From contig OY730414.1 in the NCBI GenBank assembly GCA_963422615.1, positions 1,346,302-1,410,301 on the forward strand: DNA of 64,000 bases, read 5' to 3'. The translations under genes were made by a program, and so were the position numbers. The stretch comes from Longimicrobiales bacterium (GTDB lineage: Bacteria; Gemmatimonadota; Gemmatimonadetes; Longimicrobiales; Gaopeijiaceae). How positions within the stretch are numbered: the stretch's first letter is position 1; the number at the start of each line of letters is the position of its first letter. Below are positions 21,027 to 32,770 of the stretch, piece by piece. The notes beneath the pieces were generated by a model. The model was not told the DNA's origin. It saw nothing but the letters and a program-made list of their open reading frames with translations, and made no database searches.

Positions 21027-21875
21027 GTGGTCGGTGCGGGCACCATGGGAAGCGGTATCGCCCAGGTGTGCGCGCTGTCCGGGTTTGCCGTCGTGCTTGT
21101 CGATTCGGTTTCCGACGCCCTGACTCGAGGCGTTGATACGATTGGCCGCCACCTGGCACGCCAGGTGTCAAAGGGGCAGATTCCTGCCGGGGCGAGGGCC
21201 CGAGCTCTGGATCGGGTTCGCCCCGCTGGGTCCTTGGAACAAGTGTCCCGGGCGGACTTGGTGATCGAAGCGGTCCCGGAGATCCCCGAACTGAAGTACG
21301 AAATTTTCCGGGAACTGGACCGCTTGACACCAAAGGGAGCGATTCTGGCCTCAAACACCTCGTCCATATCCATCACCCGCATTGGGGCGCACACGGGGTG
21401 CCCCGAGCGGGTCGTGGGCATGCACTTCATGAATCCGGTGCCGGTCATGAAGCTGGTCGAGGTCATTCGGGGGCTGGTGACCGACGACGCCACGACCCGA
21501 ACGGTGGTGGAGCTTTGCGGGGTCTTGGGAAAGACCCCCGTCCAGGTTCGGGACTTTCCCGGCTTCGTGTCCAACCGGGTCCTGGCCCCGATGATCAACG
21601 AGGCCGTCTTCGCCTTGATGGAAGGGGTGGCGACGGCTGAAGCCATTGATGCAGTGATGACCCTGGGCATGAACCATCCCATGGGGCCCCTTGCCCTGGC
21701 CGATCTCATCGGCCTGGATACGTGCCTGAACATTCTGGAAGTCCTTCACCGGGAATTGGGCGACGACCGCTACCGCCCCTGCCCCCTTCTGCGCCAGTAC
21801 GTGGCCGCCGGCTGGCTCGGACGAAAGACCGGGCGGGGCTTCTACTCGTACGAACAGAACCCGCGGCCGTGTTGA
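21027..21875 (+). CDS. 3-hydroxyacyl-CoA (3-hydroxybutyryl-CoA) dehydrogenase
   Basis: Rossmann motif [16 protein letters not shown] plus the C-terminal dimerisation region. GTG 21027 is the most plausible start. The maximal ORF (20760) overlaps bioY in another frame. Confidence 0.8.
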   Translation: MVGAGTMGSGIAQVCALSGFAVVLVDSVSDALTRGVDTIGRHLARQVSKGQIPAGARARALDRVRPAGSLEQVSRADLVIEAVPEIPELKYEIFRELDRLTPKGAILASNTSSISITRIGAHTGCPERVVGMHFMNPVPVMKLVEVIRGLVTDDATTRTVVELCGVLGKTPVQVRDFPGFVSNRVLAPMINEAVFALMEGVATAEAIDAVMTLGMNHPMGPLALADLIGLDTCLNILEVLHRELGDDRYRPCPLLRQYVAAGWLGRKTGRGFYSYEQNPRPC

Positions 21876-23191
21876 CGGAGGAACAGCGGGAGATCCGGGA
21901 GTTGGCCCGGGACTTTGCGGAAAGCGAGATTCGCCCCCGGGCGGCGGCCTGGGACCGGGATGGCGCCTTCGACCGCGAGGTCCTTGACAAGCTGGCGGGC
22001 TTGGGCTTCCTGGGCATGCTCGTTCCGGAAACGTACGGGGGCCTGGGCCTGGATGTCCCCACCTACGTGGTCGCCCTGGAAGAGCTGGCTCGGGGGGACG
22101 CCTCTCTTGCTCTCACGGTGGCCATCCAGAATGGGCCCGTGCCCCGTCTCCTATTGACCCATGGAACCGAGGCGCAGAAATCCCGCTGGCTCCCGGTACT
22201 GGCCTCGGGGAAAACGCTGGCTGGAGTTGCCCTCTCCGAGGACCGGACGGGAAGCGACCCATCGGCGCTGACCACCGTGGCCCGAAAAGAAGACGGCGGG
22301 TGGACGATTACCGGCTCGAAGCGGTGGGTCACCAACGGCAGGTTGGCGGACCTGGTCGTTGTCTTCGCCCGGACAAGCCCCGACCCCGCAGACCCGACCC
22401 CCAAGTTGGGAACCGGGTCCGTCGCAGCAGAGGCCGTCCGGTCCCCCGGCGCGTCCCTTGAACCGCACGACGCCAGGGAGCATTCGGTGGACCCGGCCGA
22501 CGGCCGGTCTTCGGGTCGATCCCGCCCATCCATCGGCGCCTTCTTGGTGGACACCGTGGCGGAAGGGTATCGGGTCGGAAAGAGGGAGACCACCATGGGA
22601 TTTCGGGCTTCCGAAACGGTTGCTGTAGAGCTGGAAGGGGTCAGAGTCGATGCGGACCGCTTTGTGGGCGACCGATCCCGCGGGTCAAGTCATGCCCTGG
22701 CCGCCGCTCAGGACGTGGGGCGTTTGGGGATCGGGGCCCAGGCGGTGGGGATCGCCCAGGCGGCCTTGGAGCACGCGATCCGATACGCGGGCGAAAGGCG
22801 GCAGTTCGGGCGACCCATTGCCGCTTTCGGGGCGGTACGGGGCAAACTGGCGGGGATGGCGACCCGGATTGCCGCGGCCCGGGCCCTGGTCCTGGAAGCG
22901 GCCCGGGGGTGGGAGGCGGTGGAGGGCCGACCGGGATTCGGGGCCGGAGAAGACGACGGGCTATCCGTCACCGCCTGGTCGGCGATGGCCAAGCTCCTGG
23001 CCAGCGAAACCGCCTCTTGGGTCACCGACGAGGCGGTCCACATCTTCGGCGGCTACGGGTACATGCGGGAGTTTCCCGTAGAGAGGCTCCTGCGAGACGC
23101 CAAAGGAACGGAGATTTACGAGGGAACCAGCGAGATCCTACGGGTCGTAATCGGGCGATCCTTAACCGGCATAAGGAGGATGTGCGAATGA
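21869..23191 (+). CDS. Acyl-CoA dehydrogenase with unusual ~50-aa low-complexity insertion
   Basis: N-terminal [23 protein letters not shown]-terminal IFGGYGYMREFPVERLLRDAKGTEIYEGTSEI. GTG 21869 overlaps the upstream stop (GTGTTGA). Confidence 0.85.
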   Translation: MLTEEQREIRELARDFAESEIRPRAAAWDRDGAFDREVLDKLAGLGFLGMLVPETYGGLGLDVPTYVVALEELARGDASLALTVAIQNGPVPRLLLTHGTEAQKSRWLPVLASGKTLAGVALSEDRTGSDPSALTTVARKEDGGWTITGSKRWVTNGRLADLVVVFARTSPDPADPTPKLGTGSVAAEAVRSPGASLEPHDAREHSVDPADGRSSGRSRPSIGAFLVDTVAEGYRVGKRETTMGFRASETVAVELEGVRVDADRFVGDRSRGSSHALAAAQDVGRLGIGAQAVGIAQAALEHAIRYAGERRQFGRPIAAFGAVRGKLAGMATRIAAARALVLEAARGWEAVEGRPGFGAGEDDGLSVTAWSAMAKLLASETASWVTDEAVHIFGGYGYMREFPVERLLRDAKGTEIYEGTSEILRVVIGRSLTGIRRMCE

Positions 23192-24318
23192 CGGTCTTGA
23201 CGACTTCGGCCGACGGCGGCCCGGCGCTTTCTCGCATAGGAGATCCGGTGGAAGAACCGGGGGGGATCTTCGACCGGATGGCCCGGGCCAACCACAATCA
23301 GCTCGTGTTTTGGAGCGACCGGGAATCAGGCTACCGGGGTATCATCGCCGTCCACGACACGACCTTGGGACCGGCCTTGGGCGGGACCCGATTCTGGTCC
23401 TACCCGACCGAAGAAGCCGCGATCGTCGACGCCCTGCGCCTTTCGGAGGGGATGACCTACAAGGCCGCCATTACGGGCCTGGGACTGGGCGGGGGAAAGT
23501 CGGTCATCATTGGTAACAACCGGATCCGCGACCGGGAGCCGATCTTCCGCGCCCACGGGAGGGCCGTGGATGCCCTGAAGGGTCGCTACATTGCCGCCGA
23601 GGACGTGGGAACATCTGTTCAGGACATGGAGTTCGTTCGCATGGAAACGAACCATGTCGTGGGGCTGCTGGGCCGGTCCGGGGACCCTTCACCGGTCACC
23701 GCCTACGGCGTATACGTGGGAATTCGCGCGTGCATCCTGGAGCGCTTCGGGGATGACACCGTGGAAGGCAAGCATGTGGCCGTCCAGGGGCTGGGAAATG
23801 TAGGACGGAACTTGTGCGAGTACCTGGCCCGCTCCGGGGCGCGGATCACCGTCACCGACATCTGGCCGGACCGGGTCCGGAAGGTGATTTCCCGCATTCC
23901 AAATGCCTCCCCGGTGGCGCCCGGAGAGATTTACGCAGTGGACGCCGATGTCTTCGCTCCCTGTGCTCTTGGGGGCGTGATCAACGACGACACCCTGGAC
24001 CTACTGAAGGCGGGGATTATCGCCGGAGCGGCCAACAACCAGCTCGCTCAGGCCCACCACGGGGACCGAGTGCACGAACGCAACATTCTTTATGCACCGG
24101 ACTACGTCATCAATGCGGGGGGCCTTATCAACGTCTTCGGGGAGTTGCAGGGATGGGACGCGGGACGCGGCAAGCGGGAAGCCGGGGGCATCCATGACAC
24201 GCTTTTGCACATCTTCAAGCGTTCCCGGCACGAGAACCTCCCCACGAGCCGAGCCGCCGACCAGATCGCCCGGGCCCGGGTTCAGGAGGCAAAGGGATCC
24301 GGAAACGGACAGGCGTGA
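23188..24318 (+). CDS. Glu/Leu/Phe/Val-family amino-acid dehydrogenase (leucine dehydrogenase-like)
   Basis: GGTRFWSY...GLGLGGGKSVI and the NAD-binding VAVQGLGNVGRNL. ATG overlaps the upstream stop (ATGA) with an AGGAGGA RBS. Confidence 0.85.
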   Translation: MTVLTTSADGGPALSRIGDPVEEPGGIFDRMARANHNQLVFWSDRESGYRGIIAVHDTTLGPALGGTRFWSYPTEEAAIVDALRLSEGMTYKAAITGLGLGGGKSVIIGNNRIRDREPIFRAHGRAVDALKGRYIAAEDVGTSVQDMEFVRMETNHVVGLLGRSGDPSPVTAYGVYVGIRACILERFGDDTVEGKHVAVQGLGNVGRNLCEYLARSGARITVTDIWPDRVRKVISRIPNASPVAPGEIYAVDADVFAPCALGGVINDDTLDLLKAGIIAGAANNQLAQAHHGDRVHERNILYAPDYVINAGGLINVFGELQGWDAGRGKREAGGIHDTLLHIFKRSRHENLPTSRAADQIARARVQEAKGSGNGQA

Positions 24319-24359
24319 TCTTCGTCGCCGCTTTGAAGCGGTGAGAAACGGGGAGTCGG

Positions 24360-25631
24360 ATGGAACACGTGCGGAAACAGGACGAGGGGGTCTACCGAGC
24401 CGTGGCGGAAGAGGCGGCCCGCCAGCGTAACCAGCTCGAGATGATCGCCAGCGAAAACTTCGTCTCGCCCGCCGTGCGGGAGGCCCTGGGAACGGTCTTC
24501 ACCCACAAGTATGCCGAGGGGCTTCCGGGGCGGCGCTACTACGGGGGTTGCGAGTTCGTGGACCGGGTGGAGGAGATGGCTCGCTCCCGGTCGGTGGAGC
24601 TCTTTGGCGTCGGCCATGCCAATGTGCAGCCCCACTCCGGGACCCAGGCCAACATGGCGGGGTACTTCGCGTTCCTGAAGCCCGGAGACAGGATTCTGAG
24701 CATGAAGCTGACCCACGGCGGCCACCTGACCCACGGGTCACCGGTCAACTTCAGCGGGCGCCTGTACGACGTCACCAGCTACGGGGTCCGGGAGTCCGAC
24801 GGGCGGATCGACTACGACGCGCTCCGGGACTTGGCCCGGCGGGCGCAGCCCAAGCTGATTGTGGCCGGAGCGTCGGCCTACCCCCGGATCATCGACTTCG
24901 AAGCCTTTGGGCAGATCGCCCGGGAGACGGGGGCCTACCTGCTCGTCGACTTGGCTCACATCGCGGGCTTGGTCGTGGGTGGCCACCACCCGAGCCCGGT
25001 TCCCTACGCCGACGTCGTCACCACGACCACCCACAAGACGTTGCGGGGCCCCCGGGGCGGACTCGTCATGTGCCGGAAAGAGCACGCCGGGACGATCGAC
25101 AAGATGGTTTTTCCCGGCATTCAGGGCGGACCCCTCATGCACGTCATCGCGGCCAAGGCCGTGGCTCTGGGCGAGGCCCTCTCCCCGAGCTTTCGAGATT
25201 ACGGAAGGAGGGTGGTGGAAAACGCCCGGACCTTGGCGTCGACGGTCATGGAGCGAGGGGTTCGGCTGGTTTCGGGCGGTACGGACACGCACCTGATCCT
25301 GGTTGATCTTCAGACCCGGGCGCTCACCGGGAAGGATGCGGAGCAGGCCTTGGAAGCTGCCGGAATCACGGTCAACAAGAATACGGTTCCCGGTGAAACC
25401 CGCTCACCCTTTGTTACTTCGGGGTTGCGCATCGGCACCCCCGCCTTGACCAGCCGGGGCATGGGCACGGACGAGATGCGGCTCATTGGGGGCTGGATTT
25501 CCGACGTTCTGGAACACCCCGAAGATCTGTCTGCAATCCACCGAATCCGGGGCGAAGTTACAGAGTTGTGCGCTTCGTTCCCGCTGTTTGCCGAATTGGC
25601 GCAACCGGATGAGGCGTGCAACATTGCATGA
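24360..25631 (+). CDS. glyA: Serine hydroxymethyltransferase
   Basis: [43 protein letters not shown]...[13 protein letters not shown]. Confidence 0.95.
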   Translation: MEHVRKQDEGVYRAVAEEAARQRNQLEMIASENFVSPAVREALGTVFTHKYAEGLPGRRYYGGCEFVDRVEEMARSRSVELFGVGHANVQPHSGTQANMAGYFAFLKPGDRILSMKLTHGGHLTHGSPVNFSGRLYDVTSYGVRESDGRIDYDALRDLARRAQPKLIVAGASAYPRIIDFEAFGQIARETGAYLLVDLAHIAGLVVGGHHPSPVPYADVVTTTTHKTLRGPRGGLVMCRKEHAGTIDKMVFPGIQGGPLMHVIAAKAVALGEALSPSFRDYGRRVVENARTLASTVMERGVRLVSGGTDTHLILVDLQTRALTGKDAEQALEAAGITVNKNTVPGETRSPFVTSGLRIGTPALTSRGMGTDEMRLIGGWISDVLEHPEDLSAIHRIRGEVTELCASFPLFAELAQPDEACNIA

Positions 25632-26013
25632 CATGAACGACATCAGCTCCAGCAAGGGTGTCATGGACACCCTGAAGAAACGGCATCCGCGCTTTCATCC
25701 TTGCGCGTATCTGTTTCTCCTTGACGCCCTGGAGATGGTTCTGGCCGAATTGGCAGAACGGCGCCATGTCTCCGGCCCCGAGTTGGCGGAGGGAGTCCGA
25801 ACCCTGGCTATCGCCCGTTTCGGCCCCATGGCCCGTACGGTCTTGGCGTACTGGGGCATCTGTTCGACGGAAGACCTGGGCGAAGTCGTTTTTGCCCTGG
25901 TCAACGCCGGGGTTCTCGTCAAGCGCAAGGAAGATCGGCTGGAAGATTTCGAGAAGCTCTTCGACTTCGAAGAGGTCTTCGAGCGGAACTATCCCTGGAC
26001 GGTGGCGCTGTAG
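25609..26013 (+). CDS. Hypothetical conserved protein (alternative start ATG 25633)
   Basis: Protein-like 125-135-aa ORF (…[18 protein letters not shown]…[21 protein letters not shown]…) that immediately follows glyA. Confidence 0.5.
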   Translation: MRRATLHDMNDISSSKGVMDTLKKRHPRFHPCAYLFLLDALEMVLAELAERRHVSGPELAEGVRTLAIARFGPMARTVLAYWGICSTEDLGEVVFALVNAGVLVKRKEDRLEDFEKLFDFEEVFERNYPWTVAL

Positions 26014-26169
26014 GTCCTGGCAGAATCCGCGCCTTCCTGATACTTTCCCGCCGCGAAGACACGTAACGGAGACCGTCGGCCGAAGCGCCAGCGCCGGGTC
26101 CCGGCCTGACGAGAAGGTGGCCTGGTCCGGTCCCTTCGGTCGACTACTTGGCGAGGGGTTGATGACACG

Positions 26170-26364
26170 ATGGAAGAGGCTGGATTTGCCACCTGCATGA
26201 AGTGTAATGAGGGTGTTCTCCTGCCCATGTCCGATTACGGGCGGGACGGGGCGCCCATCCGCTACAAGGCGTGGGTTTGTTCGAATCCGGACTGCGGATT
26301 CAACATTCGCATCGACAACGGCGAAATCTCCTTCGGCCGGTCAATCGGGCAAAGCTTCAAGTAG
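26170..26364 (+). CDS. Small zinc-ribbon protein (64 aa)
   Basis: CxxC...CxxC arrangement (CMKCNEG...CSNPDCGF). It ends 3 nt before the nnr ATG. Confidence 0.45.
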   Translation: MEEAGFATCMKCNEGVLLPMSDYGRDGAPIRYKAWVCSNPDCGFNIRIDNGEISFGRSIGQSFK

Positions 26365-26366
26365 CT

Positions 26367-27956
26367 ATGAGCCCGGGCAGCCTCGGGAGGCCGTTCGGGA
26401 AACCGGGGGTGGAAGCCCCCACCGCCGACCAAGCAGCGCGCTTCGACCGGATCTCGATTTGGGAGCGCGGGGTTCCCGAGTCCGCCCTCATGGAAAACGC
26501 GGGTCGCCAGGCGGCGCTCATCGTGCAGCACCTGTACCCCGAGGGAGAAGTCGTGGCCCTGGCGGGTTCCGGAAACAACGGGGGCGACGCCCTGGTGTGC
26601 GCGAGGGCCCTGTCGGCGTGGGGCCGGCGGGTATCCGTCGTCGCCGCGGGAAACCGGCCGTCCTCCGATCCCGTGCTCCACGGGTGGAAGCTGCCGACGA
26701 CGGATTTCGACCTCCAGGGACCCTGCGCGCCGGAGAAACTCGCCGGTCACCTGGGCCGGGCCTCGGTCCTGGTGGACGGGTTGCTGGGGACGGGAATTCG
26801 GGGGGCACCCCGCGCGGTGTCCGCCGCCGTCATCCGGGCGGCCAACCGGGCTCCCGGTGCGGTGGTCGCCCTCGACGCTCCATCGGGTGTGGACGGCTCG
26901 AATGGCCGGGTCCCCGGCACCGCCGTCCGGGCCCAGGTGACGGTGGCCTTCGGGTGGCCGAAGCTGGGGACGCTTCTGTATCCGGGACGGGGGCATTGCG
27001 GGCGGATCGTGGCCGTGGAGATCGGGTTTCCGCCCGAACGTGGGGAAGGGTGGGCCCAACTGATCACGCCGGGCTGGGCGTCGGAGGCCCTCCCCAGGCG
27101 TTCGCCCGTCACCCACAAGCATGCGGCCGGAGCCCTCGCCGTCGTGGCGGGATCGGCCATGCCCGGCGCGGCGGTTCTGGCGGCCCGGGCCGCATTCCGG
27201 TGCGGGGTGGGTTTGGTTCGGGTGTGCGCCGCACGTTCGGTTCGGGAGGTCGTTCTGTCGGTACCCGAGGTGCTGTTCGTGGATGCCGGCGACGCATCGG
27301 CCCTCTCGGCGGCCGTCCGGAGCAGCGACGCCGTGGCCCTGGGACCGGGTCTGGGGACCGGCCCGGAGGCCGAACGGCAGCTGACACGGGTCCTGGAAAT
27401 TCGCGGGTCCCGCCCCGCGGTCCTGGACGCGGACGCGCTGACCCTTCTCGCGCGGGGGGCGGCAGGAGGTCTCGAAGCGCTGGCCGGAGGGCCTGCCGTC
27501 GTGACCCCCCACCCCGGAGAGATGGCCCGCCTGACGGGCCGGACTCCCTCGGAGGTCCAGAAAGACCGGGTTTCCTCGGCTGCGGCCTTCGCCGCGTCAT
27601 GGGGGGTGGTCACCGTGCTGAAGGGAGCCCCTTCGCTGGTGGCGGTGCCGGGGGGTGGGCTCTTCGTCAGCACCCTGCACGAGACTTCTAGCTTGGCTGT
27701 GGCGGGGATGGGAGATGTCCTCACCGGTGCGACGGGTGCCTTCCTGTCCCAGGGCAAGGCCCCCCCGGAGGCCGCCGGACTGGCCCTGGAGATAACCGGC
27801 CGGGCTGCGTCGTTTGGTTTTCCACGCGGCTCCGGTGCGGCCCTCATCCCGTCGGATGTGGTGGATAGGATCGGGTCGGTGTTGGCCCGGCGGGGCAGGG
27901 GTACCACGGACCTCCCGTTCCCCTTCGTCACCTTCGATCAAGACCCGCCCCGGTAG
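26367..27956 (+). CDS. nnr: Bifunctional NAD(P)H-hydrate epimerase / ADP-dependent dehydratase (YjeF_N + YjeF_C)
   Basis: N-domain ALAGSGNNGGDALVCARAL. C-domain HKHAAGALAVVAGSAMPGAAVLAARAA...GDVLTG. Confidence 0.85.
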   Translation: MSPGSLGRPFGKPGVEAPTADQAARFDRISIWERGVPESALMENAGRQAALIVQHLYPEGEVVALAGSGNNGGDALVCARALSAWGRRVSVVAAGNRPSSDPVLHGWKLPTTDFDLQGPCAPEKLAGHLGRASVLVDGLLGTGIRGAPRAVSAAVIRAANRAPGAVVALDAPSGVDGSNGRVPGTAVRAQVTVAFGWPKLGTLLYPGRGHCGRIVAVEIGFPPERGEGWAQLITPGWASEALPRRSPVTHKHAAGALAVVAGSAMPGAAVLAARAAFRCGVGLVRVCAARSVREVVLSVPEVLFVDAGDASALSAAVRSSDAVALGPGLGTGPEAERQLTRVLEIRGSRPAVLDADALTLLARGAAGGLEALAGGPAVVTPHPGEMARLTGRTPSEVQKDRVSSAAAFAASWGVVTVLKGAPSLVAVPGGGLFVSTLHETSSLAVAGMGDVLTGATGAFLSQGKAPPEAAGLALEITGRAASFGFPRGSGAALIPSDVVDRIGSVLARRGRGTTDLPFPFVTFDQDPPR

Positions 27957-27989
27957 CCGCGAGCCCGTGAAGGAATCATTCTGCGCCCA

Positions 27990-28942
27990 ATGAATGAATC
28001 CCAGCTGATTGACCGCCTTGTCGCCGCGGGGTGGAAGGGGAATCGCGCCGTCCTGGTGGGTCCCGGGGACGACGCGGCCGTATTGCGCGGGGGCGTGGTG
28101 GTGTCCACCGACCTGTTGGTGGAGGACGTCCACTTTCGGTTTCGCTGGATTTCGCCGGTTGAGGCGGGGTTCCGAGCGGGTGCGGCGGCCCTGAGCGATC
28201 TGGCCGCCATGGGCGCGGAACCGACGGCCCTCCTGGTCTCGTTGGCCGTGCCCGGGGACCCCTCCTGTGCTGTGGGCATACAACGAGGCGTCCGGCGCGC
28301 GGGAGACCGGGTCGCGGTGTCCATTGTGGGTGGTGACGTCAGCCGTTCTCCGGGTCCTGTCGTGGTCGACGTCGTTGCCCTGGGCAGGGGGGGAAGGGTA
28401 GTGCGGCGGAGCGGCGCGGCCCCAGGGCAGGCTCTGTGGATTTCGGGCGCCCTCGGGGGTGCCGCCGCTGCCGTTGCCGCGTGGACCCGGGGAAGTCGTC
28501 CCGTCCCGACAGCCCGGGAGCGATTCGTCTTTCCCCCCGACCGGATTCCCCTGGGCAGGGCCCTGGCGGCCGAAGGGATTGCTCGATCCATGAGTGATGT
28601 TTCGGACGGCTTGGTTGCCGATGCCCGGCGCGTCGCCCTCGCGTCTCGGGCAACGCTTGTCATCCGAGAAGCGTTCGTCCCCGTAGACGTGGCTGCCGAC
28701 GGAACCTTGAACCTTGCCCTGGAAGGGGGCGAAGATTATGAACTGATGTTTACGGCAGATACAGACGCCGAGGCCCGGATTCTGGCCCTCGGACGGGAGT
28801 TGTCCGTGCCCTTGACCCGGATCGGAACCGTGGAGGGGAATGTGGGTGTCGTTCTCGAAGGGAAGGGAGGACGGCGCCGCGTCCCCTCATCCCCGGGGGG
28901 AGGGTACGACCACTTTGCCGACTCAAGGGTCGGATCCCAGTC

Positions 28943-28946
<4 letters not shown>
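27990..28946 (+). CDS. thiL: Thiamine-monophosphate kinase
   Basis: LIDRLVA...GPGDDAAVL...VSTDLLVEDVHF. Confidence 0.85.
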
Positions 28947-31373
<2,427 letters not shown>

Positions 31374-31514
31374 TGGGCGAAGGCGACAACCAGGCCGACG
31401 CGACAACCAGGCCGGCCCCGCATAGGGCCCCCCGCCCGGCAACCCCTGCCGTTCGAACGTACCTGGCGGCTTGTAACAGGCGCCCCTTTGCCCCCCGATC
31501 CCGGGGGCCTGCGT

Positions 31515-32486
31515 CTACTCGTGTTCGGTGTCGGCGGCCTCCCTAGCGCTGCTCCGGGGTGCGCCCATTCCCAAGGCCCGCTTGGCCCCCTCCAGGAGGC
31601 GTTGCGCGTCCCCGGACTCCAAAGCTTCCGCGACATCTTCTCGGGTCAGTCCCAGCCCTTCGGCGGCGGCCTGGGCCAGGGCGCGGGCGTCCTCCTTGGC
31701 GAGGGTCCGGGGGAATCCACCGTCCGGCACACCCGTGGCCTTCTCGATGAAGGGGGCGAAGAGGTCGATCGGAACGGGGAACAACGTGGTGGAGTTGTTT
31801 TCCGCCGCGACTTCTACCACGGTCTGGAGGAAGCGAAGCTGAAGCGCGACCGGGTGCTGGGAGATGATCTGAGCAGCCGCAGCGAGCTTCTTGGACGCTT
31901 GGAATTCGCCTTCGGCGGCGATCACCTTCCCCCGTCGTTCCCGCTCGGCTTCGGCCTGCTTGGCCATGGCGCGCTTCATCTCATTGGGCAGGTCGATGTC
32001 CTTGATCTCGACGCTGGTAACCTCGATCCCCCACGGGTCCGTTTCCAGGTCGATGATGCGCCGCACGATTTCGTTGATTCGCTCCCGCTGGGCGAGCAAT
32101 TCGTCCAATTCGGACTGGCCCACCACACTTCGGAGTGTGGTTTGGGCAATCTGGCTCGTGGCGAAGTAATAATCCTCAACTTCGACGACGGCCTTGGACG
32201 GGTCCACGACCCGGAAGTAGACCACCGCGTTCACGGTGCAGCTGACGTTGTCTTTCGTAATCGTGTCCTGGGGCGCGATGTCCAGGGCGATGATGCGCAG
32301 ATCCATCCGTCGCATCCGTTCGACGCCGAAGGGTACGAGGAACACGATACCGGGACCCTTTGCCCGGGTGAGCTTCCCCAGGCGGAACACCACTCCGCGC
32401 TCGTACTCCCAGAGGATGCGAAGTGAGGTGAGCAAGCCTAGGGCTCCCAGGACCGAAGCCGGGATCAGCAGGGTACCGAAATCCAT
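31515..32486 (-). CDS. SPFH/band-7 (stomatin/prohibitin-like) membrane protein
   Basis: N-terminal TM segment [23 protein letters not shown] core [33 protein letters not shown]-terminal coiled coil. Confidence 0.85.
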   Translation of the reverse strand: MDFGTLLIPASVLGALGLLTSLRILWEYERGVVFRLGKLTRAKGPGIVFLVPFGVERMRRMDLRIIALDIAPQDTITKDNVSCTVNAVVYFRVVDPSKAVVEVEDYYFATSQIAQTTLRSVVGQSELDELLAQRERINEIVRRIIDLETDPWGIEVTSVEIKDIDLPNEMKRAMAKQAEAERERRGKVIAAEGEFQASKKLAAAAQIISQHPVALQLRFLQTVVEVAAENNSTTLFPVPIDLFAPFIEKATGVPDGGFPRTLAKEDARALAQAAAEGLGLTREDVAEALESGDAQRLLEGAKRALGMGAPRSSAREAADTEHE

Positions 32487-32588
32487 GAGTCCTCCCAAGA
32501 AGTGCCTGCGTGTGACGACTTGTCCAAAGTGGGGTTCCCGGCGTCCGCTTGACAAGTTTCCCCCGGGTCGGGAGCTTTGGAACCGTAC

Positions 32589-32662
32589 GCCGGAGTAGCT
32601 CAGTTGGTCAGAGCAGCGGAATCATAATCCGCGTGTCGGGGGTTCAAGTCCCTCCTCCGGCA
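32589..32662 (+). tRNA. tRNA-Met (anticodon CAT; elongator vs Ile-lysidine not distinguishable)
   Basis: Cloverleaf: acceptor GCCGGAG/CTCCGGC, D-arm TAGCTCAGTTGGTCAGAGC, anticodon arm GCGGA-ATCATAA-TCCGC, T-arm GGGGGTTCAAGTCCCTC. 74 nt with no encoded CCA. Confidence 0.85.
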
Positions 32663-32770
32663 TGGCACCCCATGCCCGCCCGGAGCGCGCCCTCCCCCAG
32701 TCAGCGGGCGGGCCGCCAGCCATGACCAGGGCCATCCGGAGGCCGCGGGCCTTCACGGCGTCACTCGAAA

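Noticed and set aside
26207-27691. 494-aa RG-rich ORF overlapping nnr
   Set aside because: It sits in an alternative frame of the well-supported YjeF_N/YjeF_C gene and its composition is extremely biased (Arg/Gly/Pro).
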